This document shows, one piece after another, positions 31,816 through 39,945 of a stretch of DNA of 64,000 nucleotides; position 1 is the first letter of the stretch, and each line of letters opens with the position of its first letter. The stretch is from the NCBI GenBank assembly GCA_003731685.1, contig RCNO01000003.1, positions 6,780 through 70,779 on the forward strand. Reading direction: 5' to 3'. The translations under genes and the position numbers were made by a program. Below the pieces are notes generated by a model that saw only the letters and a list, made by a program, of their open reading frames with translations, had not been told where the DNA came from and made no database searches. Origin of the DNA: Bacteroidetes/Chlorobi group bacterium MS-B_bin-24 (lineage in GTDB: Bacteria > Bacteroidota > Ignavibacteria > Kapaibacteriales > UBA2268).

Positions 31816-31837
31816 TGTGTAGGCACAGTTCTACACA
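31816..31837. promoter_or_regulatory. 22-bp palindrome TGTGTAG-N8-CTACACA upstream of nosZ
   Basis: Perfect 7-bp inverted repeat read at 31816-31822 and 31831-31837, about 35 nt before the likely nosZ ATG (31871). The TGTG...CACA ends are reminiscent of Crp/Fnr-family half sites. Its function is not shown. Confidence 0.3.
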
Positions 31838-31870
31838 AAAATGTGTGTTAAACAATTTGAAGAGGTTCTT

Positions 31871-33835
31871 ATGTTCAACGCATTTACGAAAAAAGCAATC
31901 TTAATCGGATTGACTTTCGCTGCGTTAGTTGGTATCTACTTTGGATGTAAATCATCCAAAGAAGTTGTAAGTGGTGATGTTGCAAAAGCAGTTTATGTTC
32001 CCCCCGGAAGTTACGACGAGTTTTATCTATTTACCTCCGGGGGATTTAACGGGCAGGTAGGTGTGTATGGGCTTCCCTCGGGTAGGCACTTCAAAACCAT
32101 TTCTGTTTTCTCGCAAAATCCAGAAACTGGGTATGGCTATACCGAAGAGACCAAGCCAATGCTTATGACATCTTATGGGTTTATACCTTGGGACGATTCC
32201 CCCCATCCAGAACTATCGATGACCGATGGCGTACCCGATGGACGCTTTTTGTTTATTAATGCGAACAATACTCCTCGAGTTGCCAAGATTGATTTGCGTA
32301 CCTTCGAAACGACAGAAATCATCGAAATACCCAATGCAGCAGGAAATCACGCCTCGCCTTTTGTAACAGAAAATACTGAATATATTGTGGCTTCAACAAT
32401 GTTTAGCATTCCAATTCCACAGGCGGATGTTTCGATTTCTTCTTATAAGGAAAACTTTAAAGGGACAATTAGTTTTATTGCGTTAGACCCCAAGACAGAA
32501 AGAATGAATCTGGCTTTTCAGATTTTAGTTCCCGGATTTGATTACGACCTTGCTCACGCTGGCAAAGGTCCATCGCACGATTGGGCATTTTTCACTTGTT
32601 ATAATACTGAGCAAGCTAATACTCTGCTCGAAGTTAATGCATCGAAGAACGATAAAGATTTCATTGCCGCTGTCAATTGGAAATTGGCTGAAAAATATGT
32701 ACAGGAAGGCAAAGCAAAAAAAATGAATGTGGAATATTACCATAATGTTTATGATGAAAAGAAACATATGGCTACAAGCGAAGTAAAAACCGCAGTCTTA
32801 GTGCTCGAACCAAAGGATTGTCCGGGTATGATCTATTATCTACCAACTCCAAAATCTCCACACGGTGTAGATGTAGACCCAACAGGAGAATACATTGTCG
32901 GTGGGGGCAAGCTTGCTACAGTTATTCCTGTACATTCATTTTCTAAAATGTTAAAGGCTATCGAAAATAAGCAGTTCGACGGAGAAATCAACGGAATCCC
33001 AATTTTGAAATATGAAGCGGTGATGGCTGGTGAAGTTCAAAATCCCGGGCTCGGTCCACTGCATACTGAATTCGATGGCAAAGGTTATGCCTATACTTCG
33101 TGCTTCGTTTCATCCGAAATAGTAAAATGGAAACTTGGCACTTGGGAAGTTGTCGATAGAATCCCTGTATATTATTCGGTTGGACACCTTTGCATACCCG
33201 GAGGAGATAGCAAAAAGCCTTGGGGTAAATATGTTGTTGCATTGAATAAAATTACAAAGGACAGATATTTGCCCACAGGACCGGAACTTACTCAATCTGC
33301 ACAATTGATTGACATAACTGGTGAAAAAATGAAGATGTTGCTCGATTTCCCAACAGTTGGAGAGCCACATTATGCTCAGTCTATTCCAGCAGAAATACTA
33401 ATGAAAAATAGTGCCAAGATTTACAAACTCGAAGAGAATCAGCATCCTTATGCTGTTTTGAAAGAAGCCGATGCCCGAGTGGAACGTAAAGGGAACGAAG
33501 TTCACATTTATATGACCGCTATTCGTAGCCACTTTGCTCCCGATAATATCGAAGGTATTAAAGCTGGCGATGTTGTTTATTTCCATGTAACAAATCTTGA
33601 ACAAGATTGGGATATTCCTCATGGATTTACAATTAAAGGCTTAACAAATGCTGAAATGTTGATAATGCCTGGGCAAACAAAAACAATAGTATGGAAACCA
33701 ACTAAACCAGGGGTGTATCCATTTTATTGCACTGACTTTAGCTCCGCTCTGCACCAAGAGATGCAAGGATACGTCCGAGTTTCGCCTGCAAATGCCAATG
33801 TTCAGATAAGCTACAACACAACAGGGAAAAAATAA
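31871..33835 (+). CDS. nosZ: Nitrous-oxide reductase NosZ, clade II (Sec-type signal), with two non-canonical metal-ligand positions
   Basis: Propeller plus cupredoxin architecture, with motifs GNHASPF, KSPHGVDV, GLGPLHTEFDG, GEPHYAQ, DIPHGF and YCTDFSSALHQEM. The N-terminus MFNAFTKKAILIGLTFAALVGIYFGC has no twin-arginine. I chose the start at ATG 31871 (GAAGAGG upstream). The tracked ATG at 31841 is also possible. Confidence 0.9.
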   Translation: MFNAFTKKAILIGLTFAALVGIYFGCKSSKEVVSGDVAKAVYVPPGSYDEFYLFTSGGFNGQVGVYGLPSGRHFKTISVFSQNPETGYGYTEETKPMLMTSYGFIPWDDSPHPELSMTDGVPDGRFLFINANNTPRVAKIDLRTFETTEIIEIPNAAGNHASPFVTENTEYIVASTMFSIPIPQADVSISSYKENFKGTISFIALDPKTERMNLAFQILVPGFDYDLAHAGKGPSHDWAFFTCYNTEQANTLLEVNASKNDKDFIAAVNWKLAEKYVQEGKAKKMNVEYYHNVYDEKKHMATSEVKTAVLVLEPKDCPGMIYYLPTPKSPHGVDVDPTGEYIVGGGKLATVIPVHSFSKMLKAIENKQFDGEINGIPILKYEAVMAGEVQNPGLGPLHTEFDGKGYAYTSCFVSSEIVKWKLGTWEVVDRIPVYYSVGHLCIPGGDSKKPWGKYVVALNKITKDRYLPTGPELTQSAQLIDITGEKMKMLLDFPTVGEPHYAQSIPAEILMKNSAKIYKLEENQHPYAVLKEADARVERKGNEVHIYMTAIRSHFAPDNIEGIKAGDVVYFHVTNLEQDWDIPHGFTIKGLTNAEMLIMPGQTKTIVWKPTKPGVYPFYCTDFSSALHQEMQGYVRVSPANANVQISYNTTGKK

Positions 33836-33952
33836 TTTGCATATGTTGCTTATAGTAAAGAACGAATGAGTTGGATTTAAAGTAGTTTTTATGGATTAAT
33901 CCAAAATGTTTTTAAATATTGTTTCCATCTATAATGTTAGTTTGAATCTGTC

Positions 33953-33981
33953 GGGGGAGGTTTTCTCCCCCTTTATATTTT
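33953..33981 (+). terminator. Rho-independent terminator after nosZ
   Basis: GGGGGAG (33953-33959), 5-nt loop, CTCCCCC (33965-33971), then TTTATATTTT. Confidence 0.65.
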
Positions 33982-34025
33982 AAGTGGTCAAATTGTTAAT
34001 TGTTAAATTATTTATAGGCTAAAAA

Positions 34026-34601
34026 ATGAAAAAAAGTTCAAAGATATTATTGTTGGTTAGTTCATTAATTCTTATTGGAATTTTTTTCTTTCCGCTTTGG
34101 ACAATCGACTTGCAAGCTCCGCAATACCCCGAAGGACTTACAATGGGTAGCTGGATTAACAAAATATCGGGAGATCTGAAAATAATAAACGATTTGAACC
34201 ATTATGTAGGAATGAAGGAAATCGTACCCGATGCTATTCCAGAGCTCAAGTATATGCCCTTCATTGTTGGTTTTCTAATTGTTTTTGGTCTTGTCAATTT
34301 CTTTTTAGGGAATAAAAAATTAGTTTGGGTTTGGATTATTCTTTTCGTTCTTTTAGGGGCCATTGGTCTTTATGACTTTTATATGTGGGAATATGATTAT
34401 GGCCACAATTTAAATCCAAATGCTGCAATTAAAATTCCTGGAATGGCTTACCAGCCCCCTTTGATTGGTTCGAAGCAAATGCTCAATTTCCATGTTGACT
34501 CTTATCCATCAATAGGGTTTGTTATAATAGCAGTTTCTATTCTTTTAGCCATTTTAGCTATATATTTGAGTAGAAATGTTGAACATAAACAGGAGGGGTA
34601 A
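34026..34601 (+). CDS. Integral membrane protein, NosB-like (gene immediately downstream of clade II nosZ)
   Basis: 191 aa with 4 predicted hydrophobic helices. Its position after nosZ matches the membrane protein described as nosB in clade II clusters. I recognised no diagnostic motif. Confidence 0.5.
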   Translation: MKKSSKILLLVSSLILIGIFFFPLWTIDLQAPQYPEGLTMGSWINKISGDLKIINDLNHYVGMKEIVPDAIPELKYMPFIVGFLIVFGLVNFFLGNKKLVWVWIILFVLLGAIGLYDFYMWEYDYGHNLNPNAAIKIPGMAYQPPLIGSKQMLNFHVDSYPSIGFVIIAVSILLAILAIYLSRNVEHKQEG

Positions 34602-34605
34602 TATA

Positions 34606-35073
34606 ATGAATTTTCTTTTGTTGATTTCTGTAATTGGATTGTTATTCTTTGGATGTTCACGAGGTCCCGAACCAATTGATTATGGTAAGGATGCGTGTGC
34701 TGCTTGCAAGATGACAATAATGGATAATAAATATGCAGCGGAAATAGTAACGAAAAAAGGGAAAGTTTATAAATTCGATGCAATAGAGTGCTTGTTTAAT
34801 TTCAAGGCAAAAAATTTAAAGGAAGAGGATATATTTTCCGAGTGGGTATGCGATTTTTCGGACCCCGGTAAATTGATTAATTTAAGGAAGGCATATTTCC
34901 TTCATACCGAAGCTTTCCAAAGCCCGATGGGACTGGATGTTCTTGCTGTAGCCACCAAAGATAAAGTTAAAGAGATTCAGACTAAGTATGGCGGACATAT
35001 TATGAATTACAATGAGGTTCGGGACTTTGCAATTCAAAGAAAAATGATGAATGAGATGGAAATGAAACATTAA
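34606..35073 (+). CDS. nosL: Copper chaperone lipoprotein NosL
   Basis: Lipobox LLFFGC and a NosL-like core (IDYGKDACAACKMTIMDNKYAAEIVTKKGKVYKFDAIEC). I moved the start to ATG 34606 after AGGAGG. The tracked start at 34576 overlaps the upstream gene. Confidence 0.85.
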   Translation: MNFLLLISVIGLLFFGCSRGPEPIDYGKDACAACKMTIMDNKYAAEIVTKKGKVYKFDAIECLFNFKAKNLKEEDIFSEWVCDFSDPGKLINLRKAYFLHTEAFQSPMGLDVLAVATKDKVKEIQTKYGGHIMNYNEVRDFAIQRKMMNEMEMKH

Positions 35074-35081
35074 AAAGAAGT

Positions 35082-36341
35082 ATGGAAAAAATGAGAATGT
35101 TTTTTAGACTTTGGAGTCTAGTTTTTATACTTTTGCTATATCCTTTGCTGAGTTATTCTGCTCGGACTTATTTGATTTCAAATGAAAAGGAACTAATAAA
35201 CACATTGCGAATAGTCGCCGATGGAGATTCCATTGTTGTTAAGCCGGGGAGGTACTTAGTTGATAGTTTGGTGATTCGCAGGTCAATTAGTTTGATAGGG
35301 ATAAACTTTCCGGAGATAATTGGAAACAAAAGGGATGAAGTGATAACTATCCGTGCCAATGGGGTACTGGTTAAAGGGTTAAAAGTCAAAAATGCGGGTA
35401 TTAGTTTTCTTCGCGAAAATGTCGCAATAAGATTCGAAGAAGTTAATGGGGGCGTTGCAGAAGGCAATATTTTGGACAGCAATTTTTTTGGCATTTATAT
35501 TTCAAAATCTCAAAACTGTGTTGTAAAGAACAATGTGATAGTTGCTTATAACAGAACCGAAACATTTTCTGGGAACGGCATTCATCTTTGGTATTCAAAA
35601 AATATTACTATTATAGGGAATAAGATTCAAGGACATAGAGATGGAATTTACTTTGAGTTTGTTAAACATGCGCTTGTAAAAGGGAATTATAGCAAAGATA
35701 ATCTTCGCTATGGTCTTCACTTTATGTTTTCCGATAGTTGTGGTTACATCGAAAACACTTTCGAAAGCAACGGTGCTGGGATTGCGGTTATGTATACCAA
35801 AAATGTTACAATTAAATCGAATCGTTTTATCAATAATTGGGGTTCCGCTTCTTTTGGTTTGTTGCTTAAAGAGTTGACCAACTGTTTGATAGAGAACAAT
35901 CATTTCGAGAAAAATACTAATGGACTTTATTTGGAAGGTTCAAATCGTATTACAGTGAAACGGAACAATTTTATTCGGAATGGTTGGGCTATCAAATTGA
36001 TGGAAAATTCAATGGAAAATTACTTTACCGATAATAACTTTGTTGGAAATTCATTTGATGTGCTTTCGAACAACAGAACTACTTACAATACTTTTTTTAG
36101 AAACTATTGGAGTCGATATACAGGATTCGACTTGAATCGTGATGGTTATGGAGATGTTCCCTATCGCCCTGTCTCCTTTTTCTCAATTATAGTCGAAAGA
36201 CAACCTAATGCTTTGGTTTTGTTGCATAGCCTTTTTGTGGGTTTACTTAACTTTGCCGAAAGTATTATTCCATCGCTAACGCCAATGAATTTATTTGACC
36301 CAGAACCAAGAATTAAGAGTTTTCCAATAAGTTTATCTTAA
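35082..36341 (+). CDS. nosD: Periplasmic parallel beta-helix protein NosD
   Basis: 419 aa with a signal peptide and repeated beta-helix turns carrying NosD-like blocks (GNGIHLWYS, RDGIYFEF, RYGLHFMFS, GAGIAVMYT, DLNRDGYGDVPYRP). Confidence 0.88.
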   Translation: MEKMRMFFRLWSLVFILLLYPLLSYSARTYLISNEKELINTLRIVADGDSIVVKPGRYLVDSLVIRRSISLIGINFPEIIGNKRDEVITIRANGVLVKGLKVKNAGISFLRENVAIRFEEVNGGVAEGNILDSNFFGIYISKSQNCVVKNNVIVAYNRTETFSGNGIHLWYSKNITIIGNKIQGHRDGIYFEFVKHALVKGNYSKDNLRYGLHFMFSDSCGYIENTFESNGAGIAVMYTKNVTIKSNRFINNWGSASFGLLLKELTNCLIENNHFEKNTNGLYLEGSNRITVKRNNFIRNGWAIKLMENSMENYFTDNNFVGNSFDVLSNNRTTYNTFFRNYWSRYTGFDLNRDGYGDVPYRPVSFFSIIVERQPNALVLLHSLFVGLLNFAESIIPSLTPMNLFDPEPRIKSFPISLS

Positions 36342-36352
36342 TTAATTGAACA

Positions 36353-37072
36353 ATGGTTGAAATTCAAAATTTATCGAAAAGATTTGGGAGATTTGAAGTT
36401 TTAAAAGAGATTAACGCAAATTTTAAAAGCGGGAAAATTACGGCAATTGCTGGTCCTAACGGTTCGGGTAAGACTACGCTTATCAAAATAATTTTAGGTT
36501 TGGTGAAAGCCGATAGTGGGAAAGTGTATGTCTTCGGTGAACCTATTAACGGCGTTTGTAGTTATCGCCAAAAAATAGGATATATGCCCCAAATTGCCAA
36601 TTACCCCGAAAATTTGACCATTTCTGATATCATTAAACTCATTAAGGAACTAAGAAATGTTCGTGGGAATATCGAGGAAAAATTCATTAGAGAATTCAAT
36701 TTAGAGAACGATTTGAACAAGCCAATAAGGACACTTTCGGGTGGTACGCGACAAAAAGTTGGGGCAGTTCTCTCCTTGATGTTTGACCCAAGTGTTTTAA
36801 TCTTCGATGAACCAACTGTTGGGATGGACCCTGTTGTGAGCAGCCGATTCAAAGAAATTATGCTCGAAGAAAAACAAAAGGGCAAAGTCATAATTATTAC
36901 CTCCCACGTTATGAGCGAAATCGAGGAGCTTGCCGACGAAATTCTCTTTCTTTTGAATGGGAAGGTATATTTCAGTGGCTTAATCAGCGAATTGTTGAAT
37001 GCTCAAAACGAGACTAAATTGGAGCGTGCCGTTGCCAAGATTTTAGAAAATCAAACAATTTTGGATGTTTAA
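36353..37072 (+). CDS. nosF: ABC transporter ATP-binding protein NosF
   Basis: Walker A GPNGSGKTT, signature LSGGTRQKV and Walker B LIFDEPT. It directly follows nosD. Confidence 0.88.
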   Translation: MVEIQNLSKRFGRFEVLKEINANFKSGKITAIAGPNGSGKTTLIKIILGLVKADSGKVYVFGEPINGVCSYRQKIGYMPQIANYPENLTISDIIKLIKELRNVRGNIEEKFIREFNLENDLNKPIRTLSGGTRQKVGAVLSLMFDPSVLIFDEPTVGMDPVVSSRFKEIMLEEKQKGKVIIITSHVMSEIEELADEILFLLNGKVYFSGLISELLNAQNETKLERAVAKILENQTILDV

Positions 37073-37087
37073 CAATTCAGGTGTTCT

Positions 37088-37513
37088 ATGATACACATTA
37101 AATTTTTCGATTGGTTTGAAAATCATATTAATATTGCCTATTCGCTTATAAGAATTTTTCTCGGCTTTGCGTTGTGTATACGAGGTCTTTTGTTTATGTT
37201 TGACCCACAGACATTGACCAATCTTGCTGGCGAACCCCAAAATTTTTGGATTTTTGCTTATACCTCTGTGGGGCATCTTATTGGTGGTTTTCTTCTAGGA
37301 ATTGGCTGGTTCGTTCGGCTTGGTGCTTTAATCCAAATACCAATATTACTTGGAGCAGTTTTTACTATCCACTTACGTGTAGGACTGCTAACCTCTGGAC
37401 AATCGCTTGAACTTTCGGTGCTTGTTCTTTTTCTCCTGGTTGTTTTCTTTTTGTTTGGTGATGGTGGCATAACAATCAAAAGCATTTTCAAGAAAAGCTC
37501 TGTTACCAATTAA
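37088..37513 (+). CDS. Small four-helix membrane protein, DoxX-like
   Basis: 141 aa with four hydrophobic segments and a pattern (LIRIFLGFALCIRG...HLIGGFLLGIG...) that resembles the DoxX/DoxD family. The assignment is by eye only. Confidence 0.5.
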   Translation: MIHIKFFDWFENHINIAYSLIRIFLGFALCIRGLLFMFDPQTLTNLAGEPQNFWIFAYTSVGHLIGGFLLGIGWFVRLGALIQIPILLGAVFTIHLRVGLLTSGQSLELSVLVLFLLVVFFLFGDGGITIKSIFKKSSVTN

Positions 37514-37518
37514 ATTCA

Positions 37519-37911
37519 ATGCGGATTGCCTTTATTACATATGTGTTAGGGGTTCTATCATATTTTATAACTATAAATGCGAATCTTGTCGCATACTTTG
37601 AATATTTGGTCAATTATGATTTCATAGTGCAAAACCTTTGTGTGCAAAAAGATGAACCTATCAACACTTGTCACGGACATTGCCATTTGCGAAAAAATTT
37701 GGAGAAAGTAGAGGAAAATAATGGAACGAAAGAAAGAAAAAATGTAGAGTTGAAAACTAATGTCAAGATAGAAAATCATCGTTTAACATCAACAGTTTGC
37801 AATTTAATACCGAACATTACTTCCCTGATTTTTTACAATTTTAATGTCAATTACTTGATTAAACCTTTTGTTGAAAAAAACGATCCCCCTCCAAGGCAGT
37901 TTTCATTTTGA
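37519..37911 (+). CDS. Hypothetical N-terminally anchored protein with Cys/His cluster
   Basis: 130 aa with one N-terminal hydrophobic helix, then NLCVQKDEPINTCHGHCHLRKNL and a C-terminal DPPP. It starts 5 nt after the DoxX-like gene and lies upstream of the receptor gene. Confidence 0.55.
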   Translation: MRIAFITYVLGVLSYFITINANLVAYFEYLVNYDFIVQNLCVQKDEPINTCHGHCHLRKNLEKVEENNGTKERKNVELKTNVKIENHRLTSTVCNLIPNITSLIFYNFNVNYLIKPFVEKNDPPPRQFSF

Positions 37912-38017
37912 GTTAAAATTCTAACTCACATATTTAGCGTTTTTCTGTTGGGATAACATTTGAATTATTTTTAAAAACTTATGTAAATTTTTTGATAAAC
38001 AATAAAAGGGGGATGTT

Positions 38018-39856
38018 ATGAAAAAATTATTAATTTTTCTTTTCCTTCTTCCATTTGTGTCTTTTGGTGAGGCAAAAGATACTTTAAAGACATATAAAAC
38101 AAGCGAAGTGGAAATTATATCTCGTCGTGAAATCCAGTTTGTAAAACTTCAAGATTATGGTCCGGGTTATAGCAGCGAACTATTAAATCGGAATGGTTAC
38201 CAACTGATTCGCCGCGGATTGAGCTTTACGCAAGACATTTATTCCGATGGGTTTAAGAAAGGTGATATTCGAGTTGTTATTGATGGGGAATATTATCATA
38301 ATGCTTGTCCAAATCGTATGGATGCCCCTGCAACAAGAGTGAATCCGGTCGACTTGTCGGAGGTTGAGATAACCAAAAGTACGAGTTTATTAAGCACTGG
38401 CTTATACGGAAAAGTTGAGTACCATAGAACAAAACTGGAGAAGCCGCTTAGGTTCAAATCCTTTGTCAGCGGTCAAGTCGGTGCAAATTCAGAATACGAT
38501 GTAAGTTTTTCTGCCCAATCACATTGGACAAGTATAAGTGCCCGATTTTCTCAAGGGATTCCTTATAAGAATGCAAAAGGTAATAGTTTTAGGGACCTTT
38601 ATAGGTATAAAGATAATTATAAATTTTCATTTGGAAACATTGGGATTAGAAAACTTTTACCGGAATTAAATTTAGAAGCAGGCTTTAATTTTTCCTACGC
38701 AAAAGATATTTCCTTCCCCTATTTGATGATGGATGAAAGAAGCAGCAAAGTATTTAGTGGTTATTTACAATATAAAGGATATAAGGCATATTTGAATTAT
38801 ACTGACCATTTAATGAATGATGGATTGCGAGAGAATGCAATGGGTATGGAAACACGGGCTAAAAACATTACCACTGGAATTAAAGGCGATTTCTTTGAAT
38901 TTGTCTATCGGAATTGGAATGCGGATAATGTTATAATGCAAATTTCAAACAAAATGCTACCAAATGTCGACCAGTTTGCATTAAATCTTGCTTCCGATTA
39001 TTCACTTGGCTTTGTGAAGTTATTTTTTAAAGGGGGAGTGAATTATCTTCGCTATAAAGACGAATCGCGAAAGGCATTTTTCGAGTCGCTTTATCCCGAT
39101 GCAAAGACAGGACGAATTTTCATTTCTGGAGGTCTTAGCGCAATAATTGGGCATCAATTCTCCGAAAAACTTCTGTGGTCAGTTCTTCCAGAAATTGCAA
39201 CAGATGCGCCAGAGCCTGAAATGCTTTTTCTTGCACTCGTTCGGCCTATGAACAAACCCGATTGGAGCGGTAATCCAACTCTGAAACAACCGATAAGAGC
39301 TACTTTGCGAACATCGTTGCAAACAGATTTCTTAACCCTTGAGCTTTTTGGAAATTATGTTTTGAATTACGTTGATATTGTAGTTAAAAAGAAAGAAATG
39401 AAAAATGCAATGACCTACAACAACGTAAATGCAATCATAGCTGGGGCAAATTTGAAATTTAACTATAAGTGGCTGACCACAGAACTTTCCTACCTTTGGG
39501 GAGAAAATGAGGACAATAAGAAACCGCTTGCCGAAATTGTGCCACTTTCAATTTCTTCCAAAGTGGAAATTCCGATTGTCGAAAATCTTTCCGTCTTGCT
39601 AACCCACAGGTGGGAAAACGCACAAAAGAGAGTTAATCCCGATTTGAAGGAATTTTCCACTCCGGCTTGGAACACACTGGGTTTGGGGCTTGTTTACTCG
39701 TTTAGTTGGATACATTTCGATTTACAAATACAAAATCTTCTCAATCATAATTATTACAGATTTCTTTCGTTTTCGAGGAACCCATTTTCCGCTGGTTTGC
39801 CAGTTTATGAGCCGGGTCGTGTATTTATGCTAACAGTTTATTTCAATAAGAATTAG
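38018..39856 (+). CDS. TonB-dependent receptor-like outer-membrane protein (OprC/NosA-like candidate copper channel)
   Basis: 612 aa with a signal peptide and a plug-like N-terminal region (...LIRRGLSFTQDIYSDGFKKGDIRVVIDGEYY...). The remainder is rich in alternating aromatic beta-strand patterns. It contains C97-PNR-M101 and H264-L-M266. Confidence 0.65.
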   Translation: MKKLLIFLFLLPFVSFGEAKDTLKTYKTSEVEIISRREIQFVKLQDYGPGYSSELLNRNGYQLIRRGLSFTQDIYSDGFKKGDIRVVIDGEYYHNACPNRMDAPATRVNPVDLSEVEITKSTSLLSTGLYGKVEYHRTKLEKPLRFKSFVSGQVGANSEYDVSFSAQSHWTSISARFSQGIPYKNAKGNSFRDLYRYKDNYKFSFGNIGIRKLLPELNLEAGFNFSYAKDISFPYLMMDERSSKVFSGYLQYKGYKAYLNYTDHLMNDGLRENAMGMETRAKNITTGIKGDFFEFVYRNWNADNVIMQISNKMLPNVDQFALNLASDYSLGFVKLFFKGGVNYLRYKDESRKAFFESLYPDAKTGRIFISGGLSAIIGHQFSEKLLWSVLPEIATDAPEPEMLFLALVRPMNKPDWSGNPTLKQPIRATLRTSLQTDFLTLELFGNYVLNYVDIVVKKKEMKNAMTYNNVNAIIAGANLKFNYKWLTTELSYLWGENEDNKKPLAEIVPLSISSKVEIPIVENLSVLLTHRWENAQKRVNPDLKEFSTPAWNTLGLGLVYSFSWIHFDLQIQNLLNHNYYRFLSFSRNPFSAGLPVYEPGRVFMLTVYFNKN

Positions 39857-39945
39857 TTTTTTTTACTTCGGGAACGGAAATTCAAACAGCGAAGAAGGGG
39901 ACAATCCCGTTTATTTCAATAAGAATTAGTTTTTTTTACTTCGGG
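39836..39945 (+). repeat. Perfect 37-bp direct repeat (two copies, 73-bp period) duplicating the receptor gene 3' end
   Basis: GTTTATTTCAATAAGAATTAGTTTTTTTTACTTCGGG is read at 39836-39872 and again at 39909-39945. Copy 1 contains the last 6 codons plus the stop codon of the 38018-39856 gene. Confidence 0.9.

Noticed and set aside
39836-39945. The 37-bp repeat considered as a mini-CRISPR array or MITE
   Set aside because: There are only two copies, no terminal inverted repeats, no cas genes, and copy 1 is simply the 3' end of the receptor gene.
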